Source of the DNA: Lytechinus pictus
Taxonomy: Eukaryota
Length of the DNA stretch: 64,000 bases
NCBI RefSeq assembly: GCF_037042905.1
Contig: NC_087251.1
Coordinates: 41,542,001 to 41,606,000 of the forward strand
Direction of reading: 5' to 3'
The translations under genes were made by a program, and so were the position numbers. Positions 40,531 through 52,719 of this stretch are shown piece by piece (position 1 is the stretch's first letter; the number at the start of each line of letters is the position of its first letter). The notes under the pieces were generated by a model. That model was not told the origin of the DNA and made no database searches. It worked only from the letters and a program-made list of their open reading frames with translations.

Positions 40531-41028
40531 AGTAGTAGAAGTATATAAGTGGGGGATGGGCTTTGTGGTATATCATTTATTCATTTCCACAAAATTAAAC
40601 TATGTACAAATTAATACACAAATTCAGAATGAACTTGGTGGTGGACCAATAAAAATCTTGTCAGGCGTGTTATGATGGCCCAAATTGACTATTGATTCTA
40701 AAAAGAAGACAAAAGAGATTGATCTAACTACAGTTAACTTTAGGCCTACATATTAAAGCCAAATCTGTCTAGACCACCCCAAAAAAATAGTTAAACTTAC
40801 GCAAAGATGTATTAGAAAGTACAATTTACATATACTTTTCATTGTTTTACAACTTTTGTTTGCATTTGATATGTATACACACACATTTTGTTAAATTCTT
40901 ACTACTTTTTACTATGCAATTTACTTAGTTTTCTTTTTAGACAAGGTACTGTATTAGTTTTATGTTTTGGTTAAAATATTGATTTGACTTTCGTGAAGTT
41001 AGACTTATGTGACTTCAAGTAAGGCCAG

Positions 41029-41184
41029 AGGAGCATTTCATCAACATTTTTGTTCGAGTTGTTGTTGGATCTGACATCTTTCCTTGATTTTGATTGGCTT
41101 AGAAGCATTGTTACTATGGTAACTGTCGGATAAATTGGGACTTGGGGATGAAACGTCCAACAAGTCCTTAAATGAAATGCTCCC
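41029..41184 (-). mobile_element. ~160-bp Harbinger-like MITE (CWG flanks); family also at 31155-31337 and 52563-52719; related subfamily at 3693-3830, 27565-27710, 30745-30873
   Basis: Termini GGAGCRTTTCAT / ATGAAAYGCTCCC, shared CCAATCA core. Confidence 0.75.
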
Positions 41185-42893
41185 CTGGTTAACTTTATAT
41201 TAAGACTAATAATAGTTACAAGAATTAAAGCATTGTTTGGCCTATGATATTTTAATATAGACCTTCTGTAGATGTTGTTATATGAAAAAACATGAGGTTT
41301 GGAGATGCTTATCAGAGGGCTGATTGAGTAAATGCTACTGGCTATGATGGGGTTGAGTGTAAAGATGACATCTGTGATGATAGTTATGATTATGGTGGCG
41401 ATAGTGTTGGTGGTGGTGATGAAGATGGCAAAGAAGAAGAACAAGATGATGATGTTGCTGTTGATAATGATGGAGATTGTGATTTTGATAGTGATATTGA
41501 TTTTCTGAATTGCATTTAAATGTTCTATACTCCTTAGAACTGGGTAATATCCGGCAATACTACATGTATATCTGGCTATATAGCACGTACGTAGAATTTC
41601 TCAGTCTTGTCTTTCCCCTCTTTCCAAAATCTTCATTAGAAATTGAGAATCAATACATGTACTGATTTCATGTGTGAACTCCTTTTATTCCATAAGTGAC
41701 TACTTTTTGTGTTTTTTCTATATATTTTTATATATTTTATGATTGAAATTCAATTCTTTCATGTTTTGATTTCAAACCTCTGATTAAAACTGGTGCTCTC
41801 GTCTGTATTAATCTTTTATTCACTTGTGTTAGCAGACATCATTATATTTGTATTGGAATAGAAGTAATTTCTGAGTCGGATCTTGGTATTGTTCTCCAGT
41901 GATCAGGGTTTACATACAGGCTGTGTCTGACTGCCGTCCAGAAATCCATATTGATCTGTTGTTATGAAAGCCTAAATCGGTGCCTACTGCTGTTTAGCAC
42001 TCGGATGCAAAGCCGCTATGAATTATTAATGAGTTTTCTGGAACGGGTCTCGCAGATTTCAATAAGCAGTGCTAATTCTGAGAGGCACGCCAGCTATGTT
42101 TCCTTGTTTGAATTCAAAAATTGTATTTGTTTAGATCGTTTTGTCGATTGCCCATCTGAGGAAAAGGAGTCTGTCATAAAGGTGGCAAAAATTGGCAAGA
42201 TTGAATCTCCTCCTTTAATCTACTTTAATTCAATTTTCAACCAATTACTAAAAGCGTTAATCAGTGTTTACGTAGAGGTCTGCCATTTGAAATGGATTAA
42301 GATTTATTTGAATTAATTGTGACTAAAGGCAAAGTTATTGTAATGCGAAGAAATAATTCATGAATGATAAAGTAGCTGAATTGATATTGATTATTAAAAA
42401 AGAACAAAATTAGAATTTAATTGACTACCACCTCTGTGACTGAGGTGGAAGTCAATTAAATTAAAATAAATTTCTAATACCTTCCCCTGAAAATTCATCA
42501 GTCATAGGTATAAAAAGGACTTTAAATACATGATATTTAACTGCATAAAAGGGGTTGAATAATGTCTGTAATTGTTTATATATTATTTTGGATACCGTTC
42601 AGTTTAAGGTATAAAACTTTTATAAGATATTATAATAAAATAATATTTTATTTGATATGATATCTTTTCTATACATTGCTACATTGCTGCCTCGGCATTT
42701 AATCACAAATCCAACTTCTTGTTTGTATTTATTCTTGTTTATCTATGAAAACTGATTTACTTATGAAATACATACAGGTGGCCCCCCCCTCCAAAAAAAA
42801 AAAATTAATAATGAGAAGGAGAAATCATTTTTTGAACCACACCCACTGACCTTCACCACTATTTCTTTTTGTCATTTTTGCTTGAAATCTTAG

Positions 42894-42908
42894 GATCTGG
42901 GTACACAG
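42894..42908 (+). CDS. EHBP1: Candidate 15-nt microexon (adds GSGYT)
   Basis: Branch-like CACTGAC, pyrimidine tract, TTAG|GATCTGGGTACACAG|GTATGT; phase 1->1 matches the flanking intron. Confidence 0.55.
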
Positions 42909-45135
42909 GTATGTTGTAAAATTCAGGGCGCTCTGATTAATGATACTTTAATTTGAACATTCCGAAACAGATATAAGACATTTGTAATGATCTCCCTATG
43001 TAGGTCTTACAGATCTCTAAATCCTGAATTTCTAAGGCATGTTTGCTGTTGTGTAAGGACAATGCATTTTTCATGTAACATAATTGATGTATATAATTCC
43101 CGACTCATTTATTAGGATTTGCTGGCATATTCCTTGTGATTTTTAAGTTCAAATGAGTTTGGCTGTCAGTTAACAGACTGTTGGACTGCTTGTTATAGCT
43201 ATTTATTTTGTCTGATTTGATGGAAAGGTAAGAGGATTTGGTCAGATCAATTCTTTCTCATCTAATTCTTCATACTTAAGAAGTATGCTTCATTGCTCTT
43301 GTCCTCCCATTTATTTCCCCCCATTTACTCTCCTTCGCTTTCTCTCTTCACTCTCCATCTCTTTATCTTCCTTTCACACCATCACTCTTTCGTTCGTTCA
43401 CTCTCTCATGTAATGTCACTCTCCGTATTATCTTTTTATTTCTTATTAACTCTTTTTTTTTGCTTTCTGAATATAAACTCATTCTTATATCATAGTTGAA
43501 CTGATTTCTTTCTGCCTCTTTCCATTTTTTTTCAATTGCTGTCATTTATGAGAATTATCACTGTCTATCCTTGTATTTCCCCCTCTGAGTCTTAAAAAAA
43601 ATCTATATTTTCTTGTAAGTTAGACTAGCACATGGAGATCTGTCTTTCACCCCTTTCTGTACTTTCTCTTTATTATTTGGGGGAGTATAGAGTCTAAAAG
43701 AGAGGGAAAAAAAGAACATAAAATTTATTTGAGAGTGGAAAGATCAAAAGGGTGAAAAAAGAGGGTGCATGCAGTGAATGGAAGAGATTTAGTCAGTGGC
43801 ACACAATAGTATGAGAGGCATTATGTAATCAGCCCTAGATCTATCTTATTCATATTGGGGCTTCCTATTCAATCAGAGTACTTTTCAATAGATGCCTGAA
43901 TGAAAAGATGGGGAGGCGTTGGCCTCATCACTTTCTTCTATCCCCCCCCCCCCACTCCCATCAGAATCACTTTTCCCCCTTCTTTTTCTAATTTCTCAAG
44001 TAGAGTTACATCTGAGTGGACAAAGCATACAATGTGTCAGATCGTGTTCTTTGTCTCTTGACTTGAGTTTGGTGATTGTAGTGACCATAGAGTGACCATT
44101 ACAATAGATGATCCCCACTCCTAAAGCGGCTTTACACCCCACATTACCCTGCATGCTAGGGCTGCTGCCAACTAGATCCTATTGTCCGAGTCATCTTGAA
44201 AGGTTTTGATTGAAACTTTACAATTCACTTTTTATTATAACCTCTCGACACCCCTCCTATCCTTCCTTCTTTCTCTCTCTCTCTCCCTCATCTTGTAAAA
44301 AAATAATGGGGAAGAGGTGAAAAAAACTATCATGAAATAAAAAAAAAGCTTAAGGCACTTGCAACACTGTCAGTTTATATGCTTTCACCCTCCACGTCTT
44401 GTGTGTATCTAAATTGATTATTTTCAGATTTAGTGCATTATAGATGCTGATGATTGTTGGTCATTATATCATAATCTTTTTCTCCCTCAGGGGGGATGAA
44501 AAGAAAAGGGTTGCTAACATCTTTCCCCACTCTCCCTTGTCCTCTGTCACCTGCTTTTTAAGTTTTTAAGTACAAAATGGAAACCATGGAAATTAGTAAA
44601 ACCATCATGGCCCCCATTAGTTTAGAAGAATAGAGAAATGAACAGATGCACGTTTTTAAATCTGGGATTTTATCCGTGAAATGAAGAAAGTTGAATTCTA
44701 ATGTTCATTATGTAAGTTAATCCCTACTCTGGAAACAAAATGACATTTTAAACTTGGTAAGAAGACTAATTGAAAGGGGGGAATAGAAGTGCTTGTTACT
44801 TTTTTCTCTCAACTTATATGGCAAAACTAACCCTTTTGGTCACTAGATGTGTAACCATTAATTCTGAAGAAAAATTGATTTAACATCAGTGGATTTTTTC
44901 CCCTCTTTAGTCAATACATTTTTGATTTAGAATGACTGAATTAAAGAATCTAATGTCTGTAACCAATTGATGGAATTAAGCCTTGCTATTAATCCTTTTC
45001 ACCACAAAACCAGTTTATGAAGGGATTAGTAAGCATGTGGTCTAAATATTGGTTTGGTCTATTTTTCTAAAATAAAATAGAAAGCGCTGTATTTGTCTGG
45101 TAATTTGGGGGTCTTTTAGTGCTGAAAGAAATTAA

Positions 45136-45729
45136 AGGACAAGTCCACCCCAACAAAAACTTGATTTGAATGAAAAGAGAAAAATTCAACAAGCATAACA
45201 CTGAAAAATTCATCAAAATCGGATGTAAAATAAGAAAGTTATGACATTTTAAAGTTTCGCGTCATTTCACAAAGCAGTTATATGCACATCTCAGACAGTA
45301 TGCAAATGAGGGAACTGATGACATCACTCACTCACTATTTCTTTTGTATTTTATTATATGAAATATTTTGATTTTCTCGTCATTGTCATGTGAAATGAAG
45401 TTTCATTCCTCCCTGAACACATGGAATTCCATTATTTTAACATTTTGTGGTTCAGGCAAGGAGGTCCTAATTGTCAAATTCGTAAAAATTGAAATATTGT
45501 ATAATTCAAACAATAAAAAACAAAAGAAATAGTGAGTGAGTGACATCATAGACTCTCTCATTTGGATGTAACTGGCTCGTTCATATAACTATTTTGTTAA
45601 AAATAAGCGAAACTGAAATGTCATGACTTTCTTATTTTACATCCGATTTTGATGAAATTTTCAGCATTGTGCTTGTCTGATTTTTCTCTATTGATTCAAA
45701 TCAACATTTTTCTGAGGTGGACTTGACTT
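45136..45729 (-). mobile_element. Kolobok-like element, inverted copy of 9210-9811
   Basis: TTAA|AGGACAAGTCCAC ... GTGGACTTGACTT|TTAA; high identity to the reverse complement of the 9210 copy. Confidence 0.88.
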
Positions 45730-46316
45730 TTAAATGAATTTCATGCTCTAATGAAGTATCAACTTAAAAGTTTTATTTTAATATACACTGTACATTATAC
45801 TAACTCTAAAAACTACTAAAAAAGACTTTCTGAAAAAATATGCAGAAATTTGCACCCAATGAGCTCCTCTTCAACCCTCGAAATAAATTCATATGGTCTT
45901 GCCTTAACAAATTTAATGTAATGCTTATACTGTACACTGAAGCTTCTATTTTATTGAGAGAAGGTGCCCTTATTGTTATATTGTTTAGTTCATGTTTGCT
46001 GGTGGCTTTTGTTCTTTTTCAAGGACATTTTTTTCTATCTCGTAATATGATAAACAGTGAAAGTTAACAAATATTGTGGTATATCAGATCCCATTAAAAA
46101 AGGTTTTAATGTGCATTTGTGTGCTCTTTCAATTGGTGATTTTGAAAAGTTAGTACTACTTGAGTTGTCTGTGTCTTTCTCTCACTGTAAAGTTATTTCA
46201 TCCATACTTTCTCCCTATTGTACTATTGTTCACTTTTGTACTGTTTTTTTCTTCATGGAACTCCCTTTAACTGCATCTCCCCATTTCTGGTGATAATCCA
46301 TTCCCTTCCCCCTACT

Positions 46317-46580
46317 TCATCTTACGTCCTTACTGCACTGCTAAAAGGTTCCCTCAAAGTGCGATATTTCATGCTGGTTCCCCCATCGTACGTCCTTACT
46401 GCACTGCTGAAAGGTTCCCTCAAAGTGCAATATTTCATTCTGGTTCTCTCATCTTACGTCCTTACTGCACTGCTGAAAGGTTCCCTCAAAGTGCAACATT
46501 TCATGCTGATTCCCTCATCTTACGTCCTTACTGCACTGCTGAAATGTTCCCTCAAAGTGCAACATTTCATGCTGGTTTTC
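46317..46580. repeat. 66-bp minisatellite, 4 copies
   Basis: CGTCCTTACTGCACTGCT at 46325, 46391, 46457, 46523. Confidence 0.95.
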
Positions 46581-47278
46581 ACTTTACACCGACTAGCCAC
46601 ACAAACACCACTAAGCAGTGAAACAGTAGCACTAGATTGAAATGTAGCTGGTTTCCCCAAGAATCTGGTCACAGGGTCTCGGGTTTCCATCAGGGGTGGA
46701 ATAACAAGTGGCCAAAAGTACAACTCACTCTTGGAGGGGTAGAAACTAAAGGGTTAGATTCTGCATTCAAGGTTGCAGATGAATTCTCATGACCATATGA
46801 ATATGAAATGCAAAGAGAAGAAGTTGAGGGAAGAGAATTTGAGAGTTACTAGTATTTTTGTTTTTGTTTAAAGAAAAATCATGAGCTGTGTGTATGTATG
46901 AATGAATGCGTGGATGGATGGATGGATGGATGAGGGCTGCAAACACTCACACATTGAGCGTGAGACTCACGCATTTCACTCATTTCTCACGGTCTCACGC
47001 TAATGAAGAAATTTATCATGCATGAATCTGAAATGATTAAATAAAAATGAAAAATAAGCATTTTTAATAAAAAGGCGACCAACCCCAAAACCCTGGAACT
47101 GCTGAAAGACTTGTGAAGGTTTTCACGCCTTTTGTGGAAAGCCTTCGATCTCATTTTGAGCGCGTGAGGGAGGGAGGGATTAAGAAAATTACATACTTTA
47201 TTTATCAATCATCAGTCATATAATAATCGGTAAAGCACAATTTCATTAATTTCGTCACATTTAATCTCATCGATCTAG

Positions 47279-47570
47279 GTGACCCGTTCCTAAAATGTGA
47301 CTCTCGCGGTCGACCGACACGTCTGGATGCCTCTTTCAACAGTGACTCCGCTGATGCTTTAGGAGAATCCTACGAACATGGTGAAGGTTTCGATGATTTT
47401 GAGTATGATGGAGGAGCTAACTACCAACAGGAACTAAGAGAAAGAGATGAGGATATATCGCCCTCATCGGATTCTACCACTCCCACTGTTTCATTAACCC
47501 CTAGTACACCTGTAGCATCAACAGATTTTGGAACTCCTTATATGGTAGCCGATGCAGCAGATTTTGATGA
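47279..47570 (+). CDS. EHBP1: EHBP1 coding exon 7 (GDPFLKCDSRG...AADFDD), acidic linker
   Basis: Acceptor tctag, donor GTGAGT, 292 nt open, phase 1->2 bridging exons 6 and 8. Confidence 0.85.
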
Positions 47571-47810
47571 GTGAGTTTCACAATTCATTTCTGTCATGAA
47601 GCTAAACCACAAATAATTCCTGTCATTTTATTATAATTTTTTTTTTGAATGTTATGCGACACTTTCAATGAGATAATCTTTCATTATACCAGCTAATATA
47701 ACTTATCTCTTGAATCGGCCTGAAGTTCGCAATGACTTCATTTTCAATACATATTTATTAACAGAGTAACAATGTTCTTTGTTTGTTTCTCATGGCTCTT
47801 TTTCGAGCAG

Positions 47811-48081
47811 TGCAGACAAGAAGCAGCGGAAACGAAAAGCACCTCAACCTCCAAACGACGGCGGCACCAACTCGTCCCCATCCTCCCCCCAACCCCCCAA
47901 GCAGAAAGACGGTGGATGGGCTACTGCGGGAACCACTGAACCTGTAAGTAGCCGCTCTCCATCCCCCACTCACTCTACGTCCTCGATCGTGGCAGCCTCC
48001 AGACAGTCTCCCATTCCAATGGAGGGAGACAATGAAGAAGAAGAAGTCCGGGAGAAACCAATCCCCAGCCCTAGATCTTGG
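47811..48081 (+). CDS. EHBP1: EHBP1 coding exon 8 (ADKKQRKRKAPQPP...KPIPSPRSW); alternative in-frame donor after 47943
   Basis: Acceptor gagcag (phase 2); KRKAPQPP motif; donors GTAAGT at 47944 and GTAACA at 48082, both phase 0. Confidence 0.8.
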
Positions 48082-48692
48082 GTAACATACTTGCACATAA
48101 ACGCACAGCATGTGCATGGAGTTGTCCACCTTATTTTCATTTTCTTGTCTGCACATTTTTTGGAGTTTTATATCGGTTGGTGTATGGTATTTCTTTCTTT
48201 TTTTGGATCATCAGGTTCTTAGCATGTTTTTATTTTTGTCAGCTTCGCCTTGTAGGAAGTTTATCTCCTTTTCTGTTTACCCATCCCTCTTTTATTTATG
48301 TCAATTATTCAGATTAAAAAAAAGTAATTTAATCACATAGATTTGTGTTTTGTCTCATGTTTCTTGAAAACATAAATAAAAACAAGATGTAATATTTCAA
48401 AGAACCTCAACAATAATCGCTAGAGGGTATTCATTTGTCTCGCAATCTACTATGGTCAACAAGAAAATTCGTGATCACTCAACAATATTATAAAAAGTTA
48501 ATTGAAAGTTCTTTCAAATATTACATCTTGTCTTGGGGTTGTAACATATGACATTGTTCGGGTGTCTTACATGTATATTCATTGTTTGCACAAGGTTCTT
48601 TGATTTATATATTATAAAATCATTATACTAGTCATCTTGCTCTTAATATGGATAACTCCTATTATATCAAATTGTAAATTCATCATCTTTAA

Positions 48693-49409
48693 CCCATAAT
48701 GGACTGGGGCTATTTGAATAATACTGGTTACGTGGAGGGTAGGTGGGGGGCATAGTGTCCTTCTCTTCTCATCCCGGCTGCCTTTCGTGCGATTGCAAAT
48801 TCTTTTCATCGCAAAAACTTCAAGCCAATTTTTTTAGATCCAAAATGATTTTTTTTCAATCATGATGATTAAAATATGCAAAATTATGGGTGATAAACAT
48901 TAGTTGCATAATTAACACCCTTTATTACTTAAGAATTTATTGATTTTTTTGTTTGCAGATGTCATCTTTGTTCTCTCATAGATTTTCACAAAGAAAAATT
49001 GCGAAAACCACATTTTTTCCCAAAGTATTTCTTTGATTTGAAAATGTCTTAAATATTTCTCTTAAATTTTTTTTTTTTTGGTCATTTATTTTCTTTATAA
49101 AAATGATCACTGACCAAACAACTAAATTAAACCCTAAATTATATAAGCATTAGAATTAAAGTATAATCAACCCTTTAAGAAATTCATCTCTTATTGACTT
49201 TGTACCCAAATTATAAAAATTAGCTATTTTCTACATGAAATCATATTGTTAAAAACCGTGTGATGATTTGTCGCAAAGTTGGTGTCGATAGTTTTGCGAG
49301 ACTTAAAGCCATGAAATATTTCGGCACTATCTTTGTGCGTTCCGACAATGGAAGAAGCTTTGAGGGGGCCAATTATTCCCCCCCCCCCTGTCAGGTAGTC
49401 CTATTAGGA
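48693..49409. mobile_element. piggyBac-like MITE, TTAA TSD
   Basis: TTAA|CCCATAATGGACT ... AGTCCTATTAGGA|TTAA, subterminal G/C runs. Confidence 0.6.
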
Positions 49410-49413
49410 TTAA

Positions 49414-50356
49414 AGGGATGCTCCAGGCTGAAATATAGCTTTGTGGTGATGTAGATATCTTTTAAGCTCAAAATAAAAAGTTTTGCACAATTTGCAAAAG
49501 AAAACAGGAAGAAAATTCAGTTTTGATGCACATTTTCAGGCATGAAATTCATGTATTTACCAAAATATTTTATACAAAATAAATGACCAATATGAAAGAG
49601 AAACATCTGTTCTGTTCAATTTTGCAAAGATATTTGATTTGACTTGAGGATAAAGTAGGTAAATTTTTAGAGAAAGAAAATCTCATGGATCAAGAAATTC
49701 TGCAAGTAGGAGGATTCAGCCACGAGAGGATTCGGATGAATCTGGCCCATTCGCTTATTTAGCATAGGGACCTGCTGTGTGACTGAGTATAATATGAACA
49801 GATAAAGAAAAATCAGACAAACAAAACAATGGAAATTTGATCAAAATCGGACAAGGAATAACAATGTTATGGTATAGGAAAGATTTGCATTATTCCGGCG
49901 AAACAGTTCTAGGCATGTCTTTATGAATATTCAAAGAGCAAATTGATGATGTCATATCCCCACTTGTTCTTTTGTATTTTATTATATGAAATTAGGTTTA
50001 TTATTGTTGTTTCCTTCAAGAATTGAATATGTTGGATTGACAACTGATTGAGTGCATTAGATATTTATTGCTGCAACTTATTTCATAAGAAGGGAGACAT
50101 ACATTCACACATGTATGAAAAAATCAAACAATTATGATTTCATGTATAACATAAGAAAAAGGAAAGTGGGGATGTGACATCGTCAGCCCACTTAATGAAT
50201 ATTCATGATGGTGTGCATATAACTGTTTCCACGATATATTGCTAACCTCTAAAATGCAATAACTTTGCTAGTTGTTACCAGATTTAGATGGAATTTTCTT
50301 CTGTGAATTTTGCTCTATTTATTTACATATAAATATTTTCAGCCCGGAGTATTCCT
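49414..50356. mobile_element. Kolobok-like element (second family)
   Basis: TTAA|AGGGATGCTCCAGGCTGAAA ... TTTCAGCCCGGAGTATTCCT|TTTA; internal GATGTCA/TGACATC inverted blocks like the 9210 family. Confidence 0.7.
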
Positions 50357-51289
50357 TTTAGTATACTAGTATCTCACATCATTCTTTATCTATGTCGAAC
50401 ACAGTTCGTTGTGATATTCAGTGTTCACTATATAGTTTCTTTCTATCAATTAGTATAAATGCGATAACAGTTTAGGTCAAGAAATATTATCTGAGAATTA
50501 TCAGTTACCAGATAAAAATTATCTTGAAACTTGAATTTGTGTGAAATTATGGCACTTTAGAACTTTGCCTATAACTACAAGAATCATGAGATTCATTTTA
50601 TGGCCTTGAAAAAATAATTTGATATGGCAATGACATATTGCACACAATAAGCTATTCATTTCAATTTTGTACCCACAGTACTGTATTATCATCTGATCAC
50701 ACACATAAAAACACACCAAAATAATAATTCAAGTCTTGATTTTTTTTTCTTAGACTGTGATCTTAGTCTACTTTCATAGTATTTCATGTAATATGTTCTA
50801 GATATGAACGCAGAAAGTGTTTTCCATTGTTTTATTTAGATGTTATGAATTTATGAAATTTGCATGTGATATAACTTTAATTTTCCAACTGGAGCAGACC
50901 TCCACATGTTTTTGTTTATGTTTTGTATTTGTTTCTTTTTATAATGAGATAAAAAAAACATTCCTTGAAATCTATTCCATTACCGGACAGATATAAACCA
51001 AATCAAATTTGTATTGATTTCATTCAACCCATTGCCATTTTTTTTTCTTTGGATAACTGCTGACTGCATTTTGTAATAAGAAATAAGATTTCATATTTTT
51101 TCTTGATTTGTGTTGATCATGCTACCTCTCCAAGAATATCCATATGACTTGAATTCTGCTGAATATTATTTGTTATCAATTTATTGAATATCTATGTTTA
51201 CTCCATGCATACTTTTAATCTGTAAAGACATGGTAGAAATAAATGATTGATTTAAAGATAGAGAAACATAACGTATCAATCCCACACAG

Positions 51290-51498
51290 GCTTCTGCAAG
51301 TCCTAGCCGACGACGTTCTAGCGAAGGAAAAGAGAGTCCTTTAAAGTCCAACAAGAATGCACCAAGCCAGCAGCTGTTGCTATGGTGTCAAGAGGTCACC
51401 AAAGGTTATCGAGGGGTCAAGGTCACCAACCTGACAACCTCTTGGAGGAATGGTTTGGCTTTCTGTGCAATCATCCATCGTCATCGGCCAGACTTAAT
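51290..51498 (+). CDS. EHBP1: EHBP1 coding exon 9, CH domain N-half (...[44 protein letters not shown])
   Basis: Acceptor cacag, donor GTGAGT, 209 nt, phase 0->2; type-2 CH consensus. Confidence 0.95.
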
Positions 51499-51639
51499 GT
51501 GAGTTGATGGGGGTACTCTTTCACGAGCCAGTATAGAATCTCGGCTTTCTTTTCAAATTCATGATCTTCCTACTTTCTTTATGTCTTTTCAGGGAATAAT
51601 TTTGGTTATCAAATTCGATTAGCTTTTTCGGTAGTTGAG

Positions 51640-51790
51640 AAAACATTCAACGAAGGGCTGTCCTGTGTAAAAGTCTGCCAAAGTCTTGTTGTGTTGCTCA
51701 GACTTGAAGAAAACGTGGTGCAAGTTGTGTTGCGATACCAAGAAAATAATTCCTTGGTCATAGAAATTTTGTTGTTATTGTAGGTGATGA
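51640..51790 (-). mobile_element. LINE ORF2 3'-end remnant
   Basis: TFSSSLSNTTRLWQTF..SPSLNVF resembles the SFFPxTxRLWNxL..SLxxFK tail of LINE ORF2. Confidence 0.4.
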
Positions 51791-52562
51791 TGTCTGGTAT
51801 CAGTGGTATGTGTGGAGAAAATATTTGTTTCAAATAGATGAGTTTATTATTTTTATCAATAAAGGTAAAGTAAATGGTGTAATATCATGCATGATATTAG
51901 GCAGCCTTTCATGATGATTATTATTATTTCATTGTGTTGAGGTAAGGTGTGCCTCCAAGAGCAAAGTATTAAGAAAGGCAGAAGTCATTTTCAAAATCTT
52001 TGTGGTATGCTCCAGAGATTGAAAATGGTTTCTTTTATAGAGCTATGAGTGTTGGATATTATTGAGAGTTATTATTTCATTTTTAATAGTATTTGTAATA
52101 ATACTGTGGTGTTTATGTTCTTTTTACTTGTTAAGGGTTTGAATTCAAACACTCTGTGTGATGGGTTGTTATAGCAGTAGTTTGAAATTGTAGTTTTATA
52201 ACCAATCACTGTCATAGATATTTATAGTTCTTGAGCAGGTTTTCAGGAATACATGACATGATACCCTTTTTCTTTTTAATAAATTTTGTATGGTTGCTGT
52301 AGTCATTAAAGAACCGTGCACCTTACAATCGTACTGTGACCTGATTGAAAGTGGGAGTTTTTGTTTTTTTGTTTAATTGTATGAAGGAAATTCATACAGG
52401 GAAGTCTTACATTTATTCCTATAAGGTTTCCACTTATATAGCAACTAGCTGATCTTCAAGTGGGTCCTGCTTAGAATAATCCAGATGGGGATTGACCCTA
52501 TCATCTTCTGTCCGTGAAAAAGGCACTCTACCACTGAGCCAACAAATGAAACTTGATTTCTG

Positions 52563-52719
52563 GGGGGCGTTTCATGAAAGGACTTGTCGGACATTTTATC
52601 CGACAAGTACCAGTTTATCGGACAGTTACCATAGGAACAGTGCCTCTCAGCCAATCAGAATCAAAGAAAGATGTCAGATCTGACAACTTGTCGGATGAAA
52701 ATATTGATGAAACGCTCCC
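52563..52719 (+). mobile_element. ~160-bp Harbinger-like MITE
   Basis: CTG|GGGGGCGTTTCAT ... ATGAAACGCTCCC|CAG. Confidence 0.8.

Noticed and set aside
47758..48156. 132-aa antisense ORF
   Set aside because: Shadow of exon 8
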